Shown here in pieces: positions 21,723 through 32,442 of a stretch of 64,000 nt of DNA; position 1 is the first letter of the stretch; each line of letters opens with the position of its first letter. The notes beneath the pieces were generated by a model, which was not told the DNA's origin, searched no databases, and was given only the letters and a program-made list of their open reading frames with translations. The translations under genes and the position numbers were made by a program. Location: assembly GCA_036489975.1 (NCBI GenBank), contig DASXES010000053.1, positions 21,506 to 85,505 of the forward strand, written 5' to 3'. This stretch comes from Roseiarcus sp. GTDB lineage: Bacteria > Pseudomonadota > Alphaproteobacteria > Rhizobiales > Beijerinckiaceae.

Positions 21723-21927
21723 CCTCCACATTCGGATCGCGCGGCCTCGAAACCCGCGCGGCGCTTCCGCTGCGCGGACCGTACTCGATTGCCTGCCGAT
21801 CATTTGACCCGAAACAGCCTGGCCGCTCGCGAAAGAGCCGACAAACAAGGTCGCCGGACCGCGGCGCAGAGACAAAGGTCAAAGTCGCCGCCAAAGCCGC
21901 ACGCTGAAGCCGACCGGCGCTTCTATG

Positions 21928-22554
21928 TTACCCGCCGCCCGCATCGCCGTTGGTCAGCGCGGCGAGCCGGGCTTCCTCTTCCGGACTCAAAGCAGGGGTC
22001 GCGCGGGGCGCGCGGCGCCGCGCGTATAAAGCGGCGGTGACGCCAAGGCCAAGAACGATCGCTGGGCTCAGCCACAACAAGAGGGTGTCCGCCTGAAACG
22101 GAGGCTTGAGCAGAATGAAGTCGCCGTAGCGGGAGACCAGATAGGCGCGCACCGTGTCGTTGCTCTCGCCCTTGCCGATCCGCTCGCGAATGAGAAGGCG
22201 AATGTCGCGCGCCAGCGGCGCCTCGGAATCATCGATCGATTCGTTCTGGCAGACGAGGCAGCGCAATTCGCTGGAAAGCGCGCGCGCGCGGGCTTCGAGC
22301 GCCGGATCTTTCATCACTTCGTCCGGCTCCACGGCGAGCGCGGGACCGGCGAGGCAGGCGAGGAGGGCGAGTCCTGCTCCCAAGGAAGCCAGTGTTTGCC
22401 CCCACGACCTCGTCCTGAGGAGCGGCGCCGAAGGCGACGGGTCTCGAAGGACGGTCCCGCGGGCGCCATTGGGGCGACTGGAGCGTCCTTCGAGACACCC
22501 GCTTTGCGGGCTCCTCAGGACGAGGCGATCACGCAATTGGGCAAGCCAGCGCAT
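21928..22554 (-). CDS. ccmH: Cytochrome c biogenesis protein CcmH/CycL with a repeat-derived N-terminal insert
   Basis: LRCLVCQNESIDDS..LARD and RYGDFILLKPP motifs. ATG 22554 lies 4 nt after the ccmF stop. Confidence 0.92.
   Translation of the reverse strand: MRWLAQLRDRLVLRSPQSGCLEGRSSRPNGARGTVLRDPSPSAPLLRTRSWGQTLASLGAGLALLACLAGPALAVEPDEVMKDPALEARARALSSELRCLVCQNESIDDSEAPLARDIRLLIRERIGKGESNDTVRAYLVSRYGDFILLKPPFQADTLLLWLSPAIVLGLGVTAALYARRRAPRATPALSPEEEARLAALTNGDAGGG
22408..22525. repeat. 118-bp nested palindromic repeat element (REP/RIME/RPE-like)
   Basis: Perfect 16-bp outer IR cctcgtcctgaggagc (22408-22423 / 22510-22525) and perfect 13-bp inner IR gtctcgaaggacg (22441-22453 / 22484-22496). 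Confidence 0.92.
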
Positions 22555-22558
22555 GCGT

Positions 22559-24544
22559 CTACTCTGCCGGTTGCGCCAGCGCGCGGGCGCCAGCTTTCGC
22601 CCTTTTGGCGACACCGAAGCGAAGGCGCCGGTCGGCGAGCGACAGCCCGCCACCGAGCGCCATCGCGGCGGCGCCGAACCAGATCAGGGTCACCAGCGGC
22701 TTCCAGTAGAGACGGGCAGGCACGGAGCCGTCGGGCGCCGGGTCGGCGATCGCGACATAGACCTGGCCGAAATCAAGCGTCGCCAGACCCGCCTGAGTGG
22801 TGGTCATCTGGCGGGAGGCGAATTGGCGCCGCGCCGGCTCAAGCTGGGCGACGACGGCGTCGCCGGAGCGCACGGTCACGGATGCGACCGATTCCTTGTA
22901 ATTCGGCCCGACCTGTTCGCCGACCGAATCGAGGGTGATCGAATAGGGACCGACGAGTGCGGGGACGCCCTTGTGCAGGCTGGCGATAGTCTCGGCTCCG
23001 AAGCCGAGGCCCGAGAGTCCAAGGAGCGTCACGCCCAGACCGAAATGCGCGAGCGCGGCGCCGAAGAACGACAGCGGCAGGCCGAAAATACGCTTCAGCG
23101 CCACGCCAGCCGTCAGCCCCGGGCGCCACGCGCGCATGACGACTTCGATCAGCGTGCCGACGATGACGAAAATCGCAAGCCCCATGGCGAACGGCGCAAA
23201 TAACGGCGCGCCGCTGAGCCACGCCGCGCCAATGATCGCGGTCACGGCGCCGATGATGATGGCGAACGCCAGCCGCTGCACGACGCCGAACAGGTCTCCG
23301 CGCTTCCACGCCAGCGAGAAGCCGAACGGCGCGGCAAAGCAGGCGGTGAGCAACAGCACGCCGCAGGTCAGGTTGAAGAAGGGCGCGCCGACGGTGATCT
23401 TTTCGCCCGTCAGCTGCTCGAGCGCGAGCGGATACAGGGTGCCGAACAGCACGGTCGCGCACGCCGTCGTCAAAAGCAGATTGTTGACGACGAGGGCGCC
23501 CTCGCGCGACACCGGTGCGAACAGTCCGCCCTGCTTGAGCATGGGCGCACGCCACGCAAAGAGGGCCAACGAACCGCAAATGAACATCACCAGAATCGCG
23601 AGGATGAAAACGCCGCGGCGCGGATCGTTTGCGAAGGCGTGCACGGAGGTGAGCACGCCCGAGCGCACGAGGAACGTGCCGAGCAGCGAAAAGGAGAAGG
23701 CGAGGATGGCGAGAAAGATCGTCCAGACTTTCAACGCGTCGCGCTTCTCCATCACCGCGACGGAATGGACGAAGGCCGTGCCGGCGAGCCATGGCATGAG
23801 GGAGGCGTTCTCGACCGGATCCCAGAACCAGAAGCCGCCCCAGCCGAGCGTGTAATAGGCCCAGAACGAGCCGGCGGCGATGCCAAGCGTGAGGAAGCTC
23901 CAGGCGACGAGGGTGAACGGCCGGACGAAGCGCGCCCAGGCCGCGTCGATGCGCCCCTCGATCAGCGCCGCGGCGGCGAACGAATAGACGATCGAGAAGC
24001 CGACATAGCCGAGATAGAGCAGGGGGGGATGGATCGCGAGCCCGGGGTCCTGCAGAATTGGATTGAGGTCGCGTCCCTCGAAAGGCGCGGGCGTGAGCCG
24101 CTCGAACGGGTTCGAGGTCAGGAGAATGAAGGCGAGGAAGGCGAGGCTGATCAGGCCCTGAACGGCGAGCGCGTCGGCGCGTAAGGCGCGCGGCAGCGCG
24201 CGGCCAAACAGCGCGACGAGCGCGCCGAAAATCGCCAGAATGAAAACCCACAGCAGCATCGATCCTTCGTGGTTTCCCCAGACGCCGGAGATCTTGTAGA
24301 TCGCGGGCATTGCGACGTTGGAATTCTCGGCGACGTTGAGAACGGAGAAGTCCGAGGTCAGGTGCGCATTGACGAGCGCGGCGAAGGCGACCGCGATCAA
24401 GGCGAGCTGGATCAGCGCGGCGTTGCGCCCGACATTCATGAGTCCGTGGTCGCCGATCCGCGCGCCCCAGAACGGGATCAACGTCTGGGCGAGCGCGGCG
24501 GCGAACGCCAGCACAAGAGCGAAATGGCCGATCTCGACGATCAT
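22559..24544 (-). CDS. ccmF: Heme lyase CcmF/NrfE
   Basis: [21 protein letters not shown] (WWD domain) and [12 protein letters not shown] motifs. Confidence 0.97.
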   Translation of the reverse strand: MIVEIGHFALVLAFAAALAQTLIPFWGARIGDHGLMNVGRNAALIQLALIAVAFAALVNAHLTSDFSVLNVAENSNVAMPAIYKISGVWGNHEGSMLLWVFILAIFGALVALFGRALPRALRADALAVQGLISLAFLAFILLTSNPFERLTPAPFEGRDLNPILQDPGLAIHPPLLYLGYVGFSIVYSFAAAALIEGRIDAAWARFVRPFTLVAWSFLTLGIAAGSFWAYYTLGWGGFWFWDPVENASLMPWLAGTAFVHSVAVMEKRDALKVWTIFLAILAFSFSLLGTFLVRSGVLTSVHAFANDPRRGVFILAILVMFICGSLALFAWRAPMLKQGGLFAPVSREGALVVNNLLLTTACATVLFGTLYPLALEQLTGEKITVGAPFFNLTCGVLLLTACFAAPFGFSLAWKRGDLFGVVQRLAFAIIIGAVTAIIGAAWLSGAPLFAPFAMGLAIFVIVGTLIEVVMRAWRPGLTAGVALKRIFGLPLSFFGAALAHFGLGVTLLGLSGLGFGAETIASLHKGVPALVGPYSITLDSVGEQVGPNYKESVASVTVRSGDAVVAQLEPARRQFASRQMTTTQAGLATLDFGQVYVAIADPAPDGSVPARLYWKPLVTLIWFGAAAMALGGGLSLADRRLRFGVAKRAKAGARALAQPAE

Positions 24545-24990
24545 TGTGTAGCCGTTATTCCTTCCTGCCAGCGCCCCTGTTTCTTCAAGGCGTCGACGAC
24601 CTCGCGCGGCATATAGCGCTCGTCATGTTTGGCGAGAATCGTCTCGGCCCGCATCTCGCCTCCCGGCTCCAGAACCCCTTCGGCGACCACGCCCTGGCCT
24701 TCGCGGAACAAGTCCGGCAGCAGACCCTGATAGGCCACTTTGAGATCATGCGCGCCGTCGGTGAGGACGAAAGCGACGTTTTGGTCTGCGGATTTGACGA
24801 CCGAGCCCATCTTGACGAGGCCGCCGATGCGCAGGCGCGCGCCCGGTGCGACCGCTTTCTGGGCGACTTCGGACGGACTGTAGAAGAACACGATGCTGTC
24901 GCTCAGCGCGTAAAGCGAAAGACTAGCCGCCGCGCCGACGACGGCGAGCGCTGCGCCGATGAGAGTGAGGCGGCGGCCGCGGCGGGTCAA
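24541..24990 (-). CDS. ccmE: Heme chaperone CcmE
   Basis: [12 protein letters not shown] and LAKHDERY motifs. Confidence 0.96.
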   Translation of the reverse strand: MTRRGRRLTLIGAALAVVGAAASLSLYALSDSIVFFYSPSEVAQKAVAPGARLRIGGLVKMGSVVKSADQNVAFVLTDGAHDLKVAYQGLLPDLFREGQGVVAEGVLEPGGEMRAETILAKHDERYMPREVVDALKKQGRWQEGITATQ

Positions 24991-26081
24991 TTGGCGTCTC
25001 CGAGGCCGAGGTTGTGCGCCAGCGCGTCGAGGCTCGCGACGGCGTTGGCGTCGGGCGCGAGCGCCTTGCGCGCGCTGACGAGAGCCGCTTTGGCCTTATC
25101 GGCCTCATGCAGCACCGCATAGGCGCGAATAAGGCGCGACCATTCGTCGACGCCGCCGCCATTGCTGGCGAGCCGGGTCGCGAGTCGGTTCACCATGCCC
25201 TCGATCATCGTCCGCTGCGCCGCGGGAAGGGCGGCGGCGTCCTCCGCGGGGGGCAGTTCGCCCTTGAGCGCCGCCAACCGGGCGTTCACCACGCTCCGCC
25301 AGGGCGCCTCGGGCGGCGAATCGGCGAGCAGCGACTGGTAGTCCCGGATGGCATCCGCCTTCTTGCCGTCCTGTTCGGCGGCGAGCGCGAGATAGTAACG
25401 CGCCTGCGGCTGGCGGGGCTGATCGGTCAGCGCCCGATCGAACGCCTGGTGGGCTTCGTCCGTGACCACGCCCCCGGCGCCCGCGACCAGAGCCTCGCCG
25501 TAAGCCGCGCGGCGCAAGGGGTCCTCGCCTAGAATGCGCAGGGCCTCCGCATAGGCGTGCGCCGCATCGTCATAGCGGCCAAGGCGCATGTAGACAGGCG
25601 CGATGACCGCCCAGCCCTTGCCGTCGTCGGGCCTGGCGGCCAGGCGCGCCTCGACCGCGGCGATCGCCGCCTCGATCCCGCCCGTGGTCTCAAGCGTGGG
25701 CTTGCGGCTCGCCAGCGGCTCGTCGGGCATCGAGGGCCGGCCGAGGCGCGCATAGAGGGGAAAGGCGATTGCCGGCAGTCCGACCGCGATCAGGACCGCG
25801 GCCGCCAGTCGATAGCGCGGCGCGGGCGCGGCTGCTTGTACGGGGCTGGAGGCTGTGGCGATGAGGCGACGCGCAGTTTCGGCGCGGGCGCTTTCCGCCT
25901 CACCCTGCGGCAAGAGGCCACGATCGATATCGCGCCTGATCTCCTCGAGTTGAGCCTTGTAGAACGCTGCTTCGTTGACCGCCGGGTCGCAATTGGCGCT
26001 CGAGGAGGCGCGGAACAGCGGCCAAGCCACCGCGAGGACCACGCAAGCGGCCATTCCTGCAAGGACGAACCACACCATCAA
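24987..26081 (-). CDS. ccmI: Cytochrome c biogenesis protein CcmI/CycH (TPR)
   Basis: N-terminal TM; [17 protein letters not shown]; TPR repeats; [13 protein letters not shown]. Confidence 0.92.
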   Translation of the reverse strand: MMVWFVLAGMAACVVLAVAWPLFRASSSANCDPAVNEAAFYKAQLEEIRRDIDRGLLPQGEAESARAETARRLIATASSPVQAAAPAPRYRLAAAVLIAVGLPAIAFPLYARLGRPSMPDEPLASRKPTLETTGGIEAAIAAVEARLAARPDDGKGWAVIAPVYMRLGRYDDAAHAYAEALRILGEDPLRRAAYGEALVAGAGGVVTDEAHQAFDRALTDQPRQPQARYYLALAAEQDGKKADAIRDYQSLLADSPPEAPWRSVVNARLAALKGELPPAEDAAALPAAQRTMIEGMVNRLATRLASNGGGVDEWSRLIRAYAVLHEADKAKAALVSARKALAPDANAVASLDALAHNLGLGDAN

Positions 26082-26404
26082 ACGAACCTCGGGCGCCCTT
26101 CACGGCAAGGCGCAGAAAAGTCGGCGCTTTGTTATCGCAAAGCAAAGTTGCGGTCTCGTCAAACCGACGCAAGCGGCCAAAGTCAAACTTGGACAGTTTC
26201 GGAATCTAGACCTCGTTAGCGGTCTGATCGTGGCGGCGACCTGTCTTGAGGCTCGCATCGGCCGGCAAGTTCGACACATAGCATTTCTGCTCGCCGGTCG
26301 ATCGGCGTTCGCCGATGAGCCATCCTCTCAGACAGGAGACCACATCACGACCGCCCCGCTTCTCCCGCGAAAGCAGGTTCGTTAATCTTGAATCTCAACA
26401 ACCC

Positions 26405-28375
26405 CTAGTCGAAGACCCGGCGGAACACCGATCCCGCCACGCGCCAGAGTTGAATCGACCCGAGCGGCTTCAAATACCCGCCGGCATAGAAGTGCCGGAT
26501 GGCGCGAACGCGCGACCTCACCGAGTGGTCGAAAACGACCGCGAACGCATCCGCTTCACGGCGGACGATCTTCGCCGAAACGCGAAAGCTTGGGAGCTCC
26601 AGTTCGATCGTGTCTCCGGGCGCGCCTGGAGGAACGCCAAAAATGCGCGCGCCGGTGATCGAGAAGTCGGTAAGTTGCATGAGCTGCGCGCGATCTCCCG
26701 TCCGCACCGACACCAGCTCTCGCGACGCGAACCGCTCGGCGCCGCGCTTGCGCGGCCGCTCGACGCAGACAAAGCAGAGCACGACAAGGACAATCAGATT
26801 GTACCACGTCCAGGCAAGCGCCGGGCTCGAATAGTGGATCTCGGCTGCCCCGCCATTGACGTAGAAAGCCCACAGGAGCGCCGCGAGCGACAGCACGATC
26901 AAGCCCACGAAGGGGCGCATCACCCCCCATTCGACGAAGCCGCGATTGCGATCCCCGCCCTTCGCGGTGACCTGGAATTTCTGCCGTTGCGGCTGAGCCA
27001 GGCCAAACAGGGCAGCCTTCAGGATCTGGGGCATCACGATGATCTGGCTGACGTCGAAAAGGATCAGCGTCACTCTTCCCCCCGAGAGCCAATGCATCAC
27101 GAGGCCGCACCAGAACCAGTAGGGCAGGAAGCGGATCGCGAGATCGTAGAGCGAAGCGTGGAAGGGATGGAGGCCGAAGGCCAGCGAAACGGGCGGAATG
27201 ATGAGGGCGACGGCCCGTGACAAAGGGACCGCGGTCCAGTTGAGAAACACCTCCGTCAGCGACAGACGGTCGATGAACGCGAGCGGCGAGCCGAAAGACA
27301 GCGGGCCGCTGCGCCCGCGCGCGATCTGCATGAAGCCGAGACACCAGCGGCTGCGCTGGGCGATGTATTCCTTGAGGCCCTCGGGCGCCAGGCCGTAGGT
27401 CAAGGGCTCGTTCAGATAGGCCGTCAGAAAGCCCTTCTCCTTGAGCCGCAGGCTCAGGAGATAGTCCTCGGTCACCGAGTCGACAGGGAAGCCGCCGATC
27501 TCCATCAGAGGCTGCATGCGGATGATCGACGACGTGCCGCAGCAGAAGGCGGCCGACCATGCGTCCTTGGAAGGCAGCACGATATCGAAGAAGTAGCGCT
27601 GCTCGTCCGGCCAGAACTTGGTTGCGCCGAGGTTGATCTGAATGGGATCGGGATTGATGAAATGCTGCGGCGTCTGCACGACCCCGACCGCGGGGTCGTG
27701 AAACAGCGACATTGCGCGCTTCAGGAAGCGCGGCGTCGGGACGAAGTCCGCATCGAGGATGGAGACGAAATCGGGAGGATCGGGCAGCGCGCTGATATGC
27801 TTGAGCGCCTGGTTTATGTTTCCGGCTTTGGCGTGCGCGTTGTCCGACCGCGAAAGGTAGTGGCAGCCGAGCTCGGCGCAAAGCGTCTTCACCCCATCCC
27901 GGCGACCATCATCGAGCATCCAGACGCGAAAATTCGGATAGTCCATGCCGAGCGCGCCGACGATCGTTCGCTCCAGGATCGCCTTCCCTTCATTGTAGGA
28001 GCAGATGAGCACATCGATTGAAGGCGGTTTCGCCTGCGAGGGAAGCCAATCCGTGTTCGCGTCCGCTTCAGGCGATCGATCGCGCGTTCGGGCGAGGAAC
28101 ATGAGCGAGAGCGCGGCGGTGAGGATGCCGACGAGCTCGGCTGTGAGAAAGACGAGCGCAAGCCCATATTCGAAGCTGAAGGCCGGCGCGGGCAGCGTCT
28201 CCGTGGTCCGCCACCAAGCGTATTGCGCCATCATGGCGAAGCTGCCGGCGACCATGAAGGCTCGGCCGGTCGCCACGGGCTTCGGCCAGATCGCCGCGCA
28301 AGCAAAGAAAGCGCCGAGGGTCGCAAGCGCCGGCCGGGCGGCCGCGATGATGGAACTGTCGATGACGCCAAACAC
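26405..28375 (-). CDS. GT2 beta-glucan synthase (CrdS/BgsA-like) with a C-terminal PilZ-like domain
   Basis: DDG, HAKAGN, LDADF, QTPQ, FCCGT, TED and QRSRW motifs; PilZ RGAER and DFSITG motifs. Confidence 0.9.
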   Translation of the reverse strand: MFGVIDSSIIAAARPALATLGAFFACAAIWPKPVATGRAFMVAGSFAMMAQYAWWRTTETLPAPAFSFEYGLALVFLTAELVGILTAALSLMFLARTRDRSPEADANTDWLPSQAKPPSIDVLICSYNEGKAILERTIVGALGMDYPNFRVWMLDDGRRDGVKTLCAELGCHYLSRSDNAHAKAGNINQALKHISALPDPPDFVSILDADFVPTPRFLKRAMSLFHDPAVGVVQTPQHFINPDPIQINLGATKFWPDEQRYFFDIVLPSKDAWSAAFCCGTSSIIRMQPLMEIGGFPVDSVTEDYLLSLRLKEKGFLTAYLNEPLTYGLAPEGLKEYIAQRSRWCLGFMQIARGRSGPLSFGSPLAFIDRLSLTEVFLNWTAVPLSRAVALIIPPVSLAFGLHPFHASLYDLAIRFLPYWFWCGLVMHWLSGGRVTLILFDVSQIIVMPQILKAALFGLAQPQRQKFQVTAKGGDRNRGFVEWGVMRPFVGLIVLSLAALLWAFYVNGGAAEIHYSSPALAWTWYNLIVLVVLCFVCVERPRKRGAERFASRELVSVRTGDRAQLMQLTDFSITGARIFGVPPGAPGDTIELELPSFRVSAKIVRREADAFAVVFDHSVRSRVRAIRHFYAGGYLKPLGSIQLWRVAGSVFRRVFD

Positions 28376-28380
28376 GGGCT

Positions 28381-29871
28381 TCAGCCCCTTGAGATCGAGC
28401 CCTTGAGAGGCCCGCGGCTTTCGCTTCCCGCGTGCGTGGAGGCCGCGTCGTCCTCTCCGAAGGTGACCGTTCCGGTTCGACCGATCGAGCAGCCGGCTTC
28501 GCCCATGTCGTCCATCGCGATCGTCACATAAAACGGGCTTTTGCGCATGGTGATCGGCGGAACCGCAAGATTCCCCGGCGCCCCCGCGGCGCCGGTCAGA
28601 TTGATGACGCTCCCATGATAGGCTTTGCCGTCCTGGAGTGGCTGAAACGTTGCGGGACTCCCGACTTCGAGACGGTTGTAGACCCGTTCGTCGACGCTCG
28701 CGCTGACGATCGGGTGCGAGCAGTTGAGCACGCGCAAGAGATCCTGACCCTTGTTCACATACTCGCCTGGGCCAACCAGAATCTCCCAGAGCCGCCCTTT
28801 GGTCGGCAGGCCGACCAAAGCTTCGGATCTGCGCCGGTAACGCTCGTCCTCCGCCGAAATCTGATCGCCGACGTCCCTGATTTGAGTTCGCACGGCCGCG
28901 AGCTGGGCGTCGAGTTCGCCCTTTTTGAGCTTGAGCTCGGTTTCACGTTGAGCCGAGCTTGGGGCGTCATTGTAGCTGTCGCCGATAAACACCCCGTCAG
29001 CGATCGCGTCTCGCTCGACCTTCGTTTCCTCGAGGCGCTTCTCAGCCGCAGCTTCGGCCGAGGTCGCGGCGCTCCATTCGTATTGCACCCGATCGCTCTC
29101 GGCCCCTGAAATGTCGCCCGTTCGCTGCAGATGGTCGCTGCGCCGCTTGCTCGCTGTGGCCTGCGCTGTCTTTGCGGTGGCGGCCTGAAGCTCGGCCGTT
29201 TGCGCCGCGAGCCTTGCGTCGATCAGCTTGAAGCGCCCGGTGCGGTATTTCTCCGCCTGGACGTCGATGGCGTCGAGGGCTGTCTGCGTCAATTGAGATT
29301 CCCGCTCAAGCGTCTGCTTTTGCGATTCAAGCGTATTGAGTTCGCGCCGAAGCTCGTCGAGGCGGCTTCGGTCGGCGTAGGGGTCGACTACGACCAGTCT
29401 TGGAGGGGCGGTCGAGCTCCAGCTTGCGGTCTTCTCGGCGGGGGTTTGAACGATCCCCTCGATGGGCGAGCGGATCGTCTCGATGCGGGCGTTGACGATC
29501 GCCTCGACGCTCGTCGTCGCGAGCATAGCTCGAAGCGGCGCCCAGCCGAAGGCGACGACGAGCCCGACCCCAAGAGCGATCTTGACCGAGCGCCGAATTG
29601 TCGTTGCATAAGCGAAACCTGCCCTTTTCGGCGCCGCGTCATTGGCGATCGCGACGTCTTCCTCGGCGCCCGGTAGAAAGCTGCGCTCCAGGATGGATTG
29701 GACCGATCGCGCGTCTGCAGGCTGGGGTTTCGCTCTCGTTCCGTCAGTGCGCGAATCGGGCGCCTCCTTGACGGCGTCGCTTCGCGCGCCCGGGACAGGG
29801 CTAGGCGTCCCAATCGGGGCGTCTGCCGCAAGTCGCGAGCCTTGTGCGTATCTGGAGTTGGACGACGGCAT
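28381..29871 (-). CDS. HlyD-family membrane fusion protein (BgsB-like)
   Basis: Single TM; EAIVNARIETIRSPIEG; long alpha-hairpin; GEYVNKGQDLL lipoyl half. Ends 5 nt before the GT2 start. Confidence 0.85.
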   Translation of the reverse strand: MPSSNSRYAQGSRLAADAPIGTPSPVPGARSDAVKEAPDSRTDGTRAKPQPADARSVQSILERSFLPGAEEDVAIANDAAPKRAGFAYATTIRRSVKIALGVGLVVAFGWAPLRAMLATTSVEAIVNARIETIRSPIEGIVQTPAEKTASWSSTAPPRLVVVDPYADRSRLDELRRELNTLESQKQTLERESQLTQTALDAIDVQAEKYRTGRFKLIDARLAAQTAELQAATAKTAQATASKRRSDHLQRTGDISGAESDRVQYEWSAATSAEAAAEKRLEETKVERDAIADGVFIGDSYNDAPSSAQRETELKLKKGELDAQLAAVRTQIRDVGDQISAEDERYRRRSEALVGLPTKGRLWEILVGPGEYVNKGQDLLRVLNCSHPIVSASVDERVYNRLEVGSPATFQPLQDGKAYHGSVINLTGAAGAPGNLAVPPITMRKSPFYVTIAMDDMGEAGCSIGRTGTVTFGEDDAASTHAGSESRGPLKGSISRG

Positions 29872-30040
29872 TGAGACGACGCGAAGTTAGGGTGGAGGCG
29901 CGCGGCGGCGACAAAATTGGCGAACCGCGTCGCGCGTTTTGAGCGACTCAAGACCATCCGAGCCGGCTCATATTTGCCGGCTATCCTCTAAAGAAACAAA
30001 TAACTAAACCGCGCAGATAATAATGATTGATCGCGGTGGC

Positions 30041-31213
30041 TCACGCGCTCTTCTCGAACAATTCGCGCCCGATCAGCATGCGACGGATTTCGCTTGTTCC
30101 CGCGCCGATCTCGTAGAGCTTGGCGTCGCGCAACAGGCGCCCGAGCGGATAGTCGTTGGTGTAGCCGTTTCCACCGAGAACCTGGATCGCATCGAGGGCG
30201 ACGTGGGTGGCGCGCTCGGCGGCGTAGAGGATCGCGCCCGCCGCGTCCTCGCGGGTGGTCTCACCGCGGTCGCAGGCCTTGGCGACGGCGTAGACGTAGG
30301 CCTTCGCCGCATTCATCGTCACGTACATGTCGGCGAGCTTGCCCTGCACCAACTGGAATGTCCCGATGGCCTGGCCGAACTGCTTGCGCTCGTGGACGTA
30401 AGGCAGGACGACGTCGAGCGCCGCCTGCATGAGGCCGAGCGGCCCCGCAGCCAGCATCACGCGCTCGTAGTCGAGGCCGCTCATCAGCACGTTGACGCCC
30501 TTGCCGACCTTGCCCAGCACGTTCGCGGCGGGAACTTCGCAGTCGGCGAAGATGAGTTCGGCCGTGTCGGAGCCGCGCATGCCGAGCTTGTCGAGCTTCA
30601 CGCCCGACGAAAAGCCCTTCATGCCGCGCTCGATGATGAAGGCGGTGATGCCCCGCGCGTTCGCCGCGGGATCGGTCTTGGCGTAGACGACGAGGGTCTC
30701 GGCCGAGGGGCCGTTGGTGATCCACATCTTCGCGCCATTGAGGACGTAGCGGTCGCCCCTCTTGTCGGCGCGGGTCGTCATCGACACGACGTCAGAGCCT
30801 GCGTTCGGCTCCGACATCGCGAGCGCCCCGACATGCTCGCCGGAGATCAGCTTCGGCAGATAGCGCGCCTTCTGCTCATCATTGCCGTTGCGCACGATCT
30901 GGTTGACGCAGAGGTTCGAATGCGCCCCGTACGACAGTCCGACCGAGCCGCTCGCACGCGAGATTTCCTCCATCGCCACGCAATGATCGAGATAGCCGAG
31001 ACCCAGCCCGCCATACTCTTCCGGCGCAGTGATCCCGTGCAGGCCGAGCGCCCCCATCTTCGGCCAAAGGTCGGCGGGAAAGAGGTTGTCGCGGTCAATT
31101 TGCGCGGCGCGCGGGGCGACCTCCTTCTCGGCGAACGCCCGGGCGCTGTCGCGGATCATCGCGGCGCTCTCGCCGAGGTCGAAGTCGAAGGCGCGGGGCG
31201 TGTTGGGGATCAT
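30041..31213 (-). CDS. ivd: Isovaleryl-CoA dehydrogenase
   Basis: [41 protein letters not shown] and [12 protein letters not shown] motifs. Start refined to ATG 31213. Confidence 0.93.
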   Translation of the reverse strand: MIPNTPRAFDFDLGESAAMIRDSARAFAEKEVAPRAAQIDRDNLFPADLWPKMGALGLHGITAPEEYGGLGLGYLDHCVAMEEISRASGSVGLSYGAHSNLCVNQIVRNGNDEQKARYLPKLISGEHVGALAMSEPNAGSDVVSMTTRADKRGDRYVLNGAKMWITNGPSAETLVVYAKTDPAANARGITAFIIERGMKGFSSGVKLDKLGMRGSDTAELIFADCEVPAANVLGKVGKGVNVLMSGLDYERVMLAAGPLGLMQAALDVVLPYVHERKQFGQAIGTFQLVQGKLADMYVTMNAAKAYVYAVAKACDRGETTREDAAGAILYAAERATHVALDAIQVLGGNGYTNDYPLGRLLRDAKLYEIGAGTSEIRRMLIGRELFEKSA

Positions 31214-31401
31214 GGGCGAGGCGCTAGGCAGGGGAAGCGGGGAAACGACCTTGTGCGCGATCGGCGGCGCTGTCCAGCCTTTCGCGCAAGCCAGGCGCAG
31301 ACGGGGGGAGCGCGGCGCCATTAGCGAGTCCGAATCGAGACTTTTCAAAGGGATGGGGCGTGATTAGCGATCCAAGCGCCGGACAGGGGCCAGAGCGACA
31401 A

Positions 31402-31428
31402 TATTGAACATGTATAATTTGTTCAATA
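31402..31428. promoter_or_regulatory. AT-rich palindromic operator candidate upstream of ivd
   Basis: TATTGAACA-N9-TGTTCAATA, a perfect 9-bp IR in an otherwise GC-rich region. Confidence 0.6.
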
Positions 31429-31643
31429 GACCTGTCACATATGGCGGGATCGCGCGGACCGCCGAGCGGGGGCGCGCCCCCGCCAGTCGGGCTCCGGCGC
31501 GAAAGCGCGTGGGCTGCGCCATGAGAGCCGACGGGCGCGTTGGGGATCGCGGCCCCTTGGGGGCGCTCGCGGCCGCAAGACCGGCCCATCCTCGCTCGTG
31601 CAAGGCTAGGCCGGTCGCAAGTCCAAGACCTTACTGGCGGGCC

Positions 31644-32309
31644 TTACTGGCAGGCGTCCCAGAAGCCCTGCTGCCGGCTCGGGTCGGTGTAGAACCAGCA
31701 CAAGCCCGGCCCTGGAGCGGCGCCGGCCCAGGACGCCGCCGCCGCCGCGCTGACGAAGCCGAGCGCTGCGCCCGCTGCGATGGCGCCGCCAGGCGCCCAG
31801 CCGTACCCGGGACGAGTCCAACCGCCATAGCGATAAACCCCGCCGGCGCGATAGGCGCCGCCGCGATAAGCTCCGCCGTGGTAGGCGCCGCCGCGGTACG
31901 CGCCCCCGCGGTAGGCGCCGCCGCGATAAGCGCCGCCGTGGTAGGCGCCGCCGCGATAGGCCCCGCCGCCACGGTGGGCGCCGCCACGGTAGGCCCCGCC
32001 GCCACGGTACGCGCCGCCACCGCGATGGGCGCCGCCGCCACGATACGCTCCGCCTCCGCGGTGCATTCCCCCGCCGCCGCGATGCATGCCCCCGCCGCCG
32101 CGGTGTCCGCCCCCGCCGCGATGCATGCCGCCTCCACGACCGCCCCTCACCTGAGTGATAAGGCCGTCGTCCATGTGGGCTGCGGCGCCCGGCGGGGCGA
32201 AGATCTCGAGGGCTTCAGCCTCGGGTAAACCAAGACAGAGAAGCGAAACGCCAAGCAGCGCGTTTCTGGCCAGACGTGTCCATCGCATAGGCGCCTCCCT
32301 TTTTATCAC
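31644..32309 (-). CDS. Secreted Gly/Arg/Tyr/His-rich repeat protein with a conserved C-terminal 2-Cys module
   Basis: Signal peptide; many GG(G)AYR/GGGMHR repeats; C-terminus GPGLCWFYTDPSRQQGFWDACQ. GGGAGG RBS suggests start at ATG 32288. Confidence 0.8.
   Translation of the reverse strand: MIKREAPMRWTRLARNALLGVSLLCLGLPEAEALEIFAPPGAAAHMDDGLITQVRGGRGGGMHRGGGGHRGGGGMHRGGGGMHRGGGAYRGGGAHRGGGAYRGGGAYRGGAHRGGGAYRGGAYHGGAYRGGAYRGGAYRGGAYHGGAYRGGAYRAGGVYRYGGWTRPGYGWAPGGAIAAGAALGFVSAAAAASWAGAAPGPGLCWFYTDPSRQQGFWDACQ
31838..32124 (-). repeat. Intragenic 15/18-nt tandem repeats encoding GGAYR/GGGAHR/GGGMHR
   Basis: Repeated ggcgccgccgcgRtag-like units are visible on the + strand. Confidence 0.85.
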
Positions 32310-32442
32310 GGGGCGCGACCAAGCCGCGGATTGGATACTCCAGCATCCGCGCGACGCGGTCGCTCGACCCGACAGTGATACTCTACCTCAGCCGCGCAAG
32401 ACTTTCCAAGAGCGCCGACGGGATTCGAGACTGGGGCCGCCA

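Noticed and set aside
29939-29951. TTGAG-CGA-CTCAA palindrome as a LiuQ site
   Set aside because: The spacer is shorter than the LiuQ consensus I recall, and the site lies downstream of ivd. Insufficient support.
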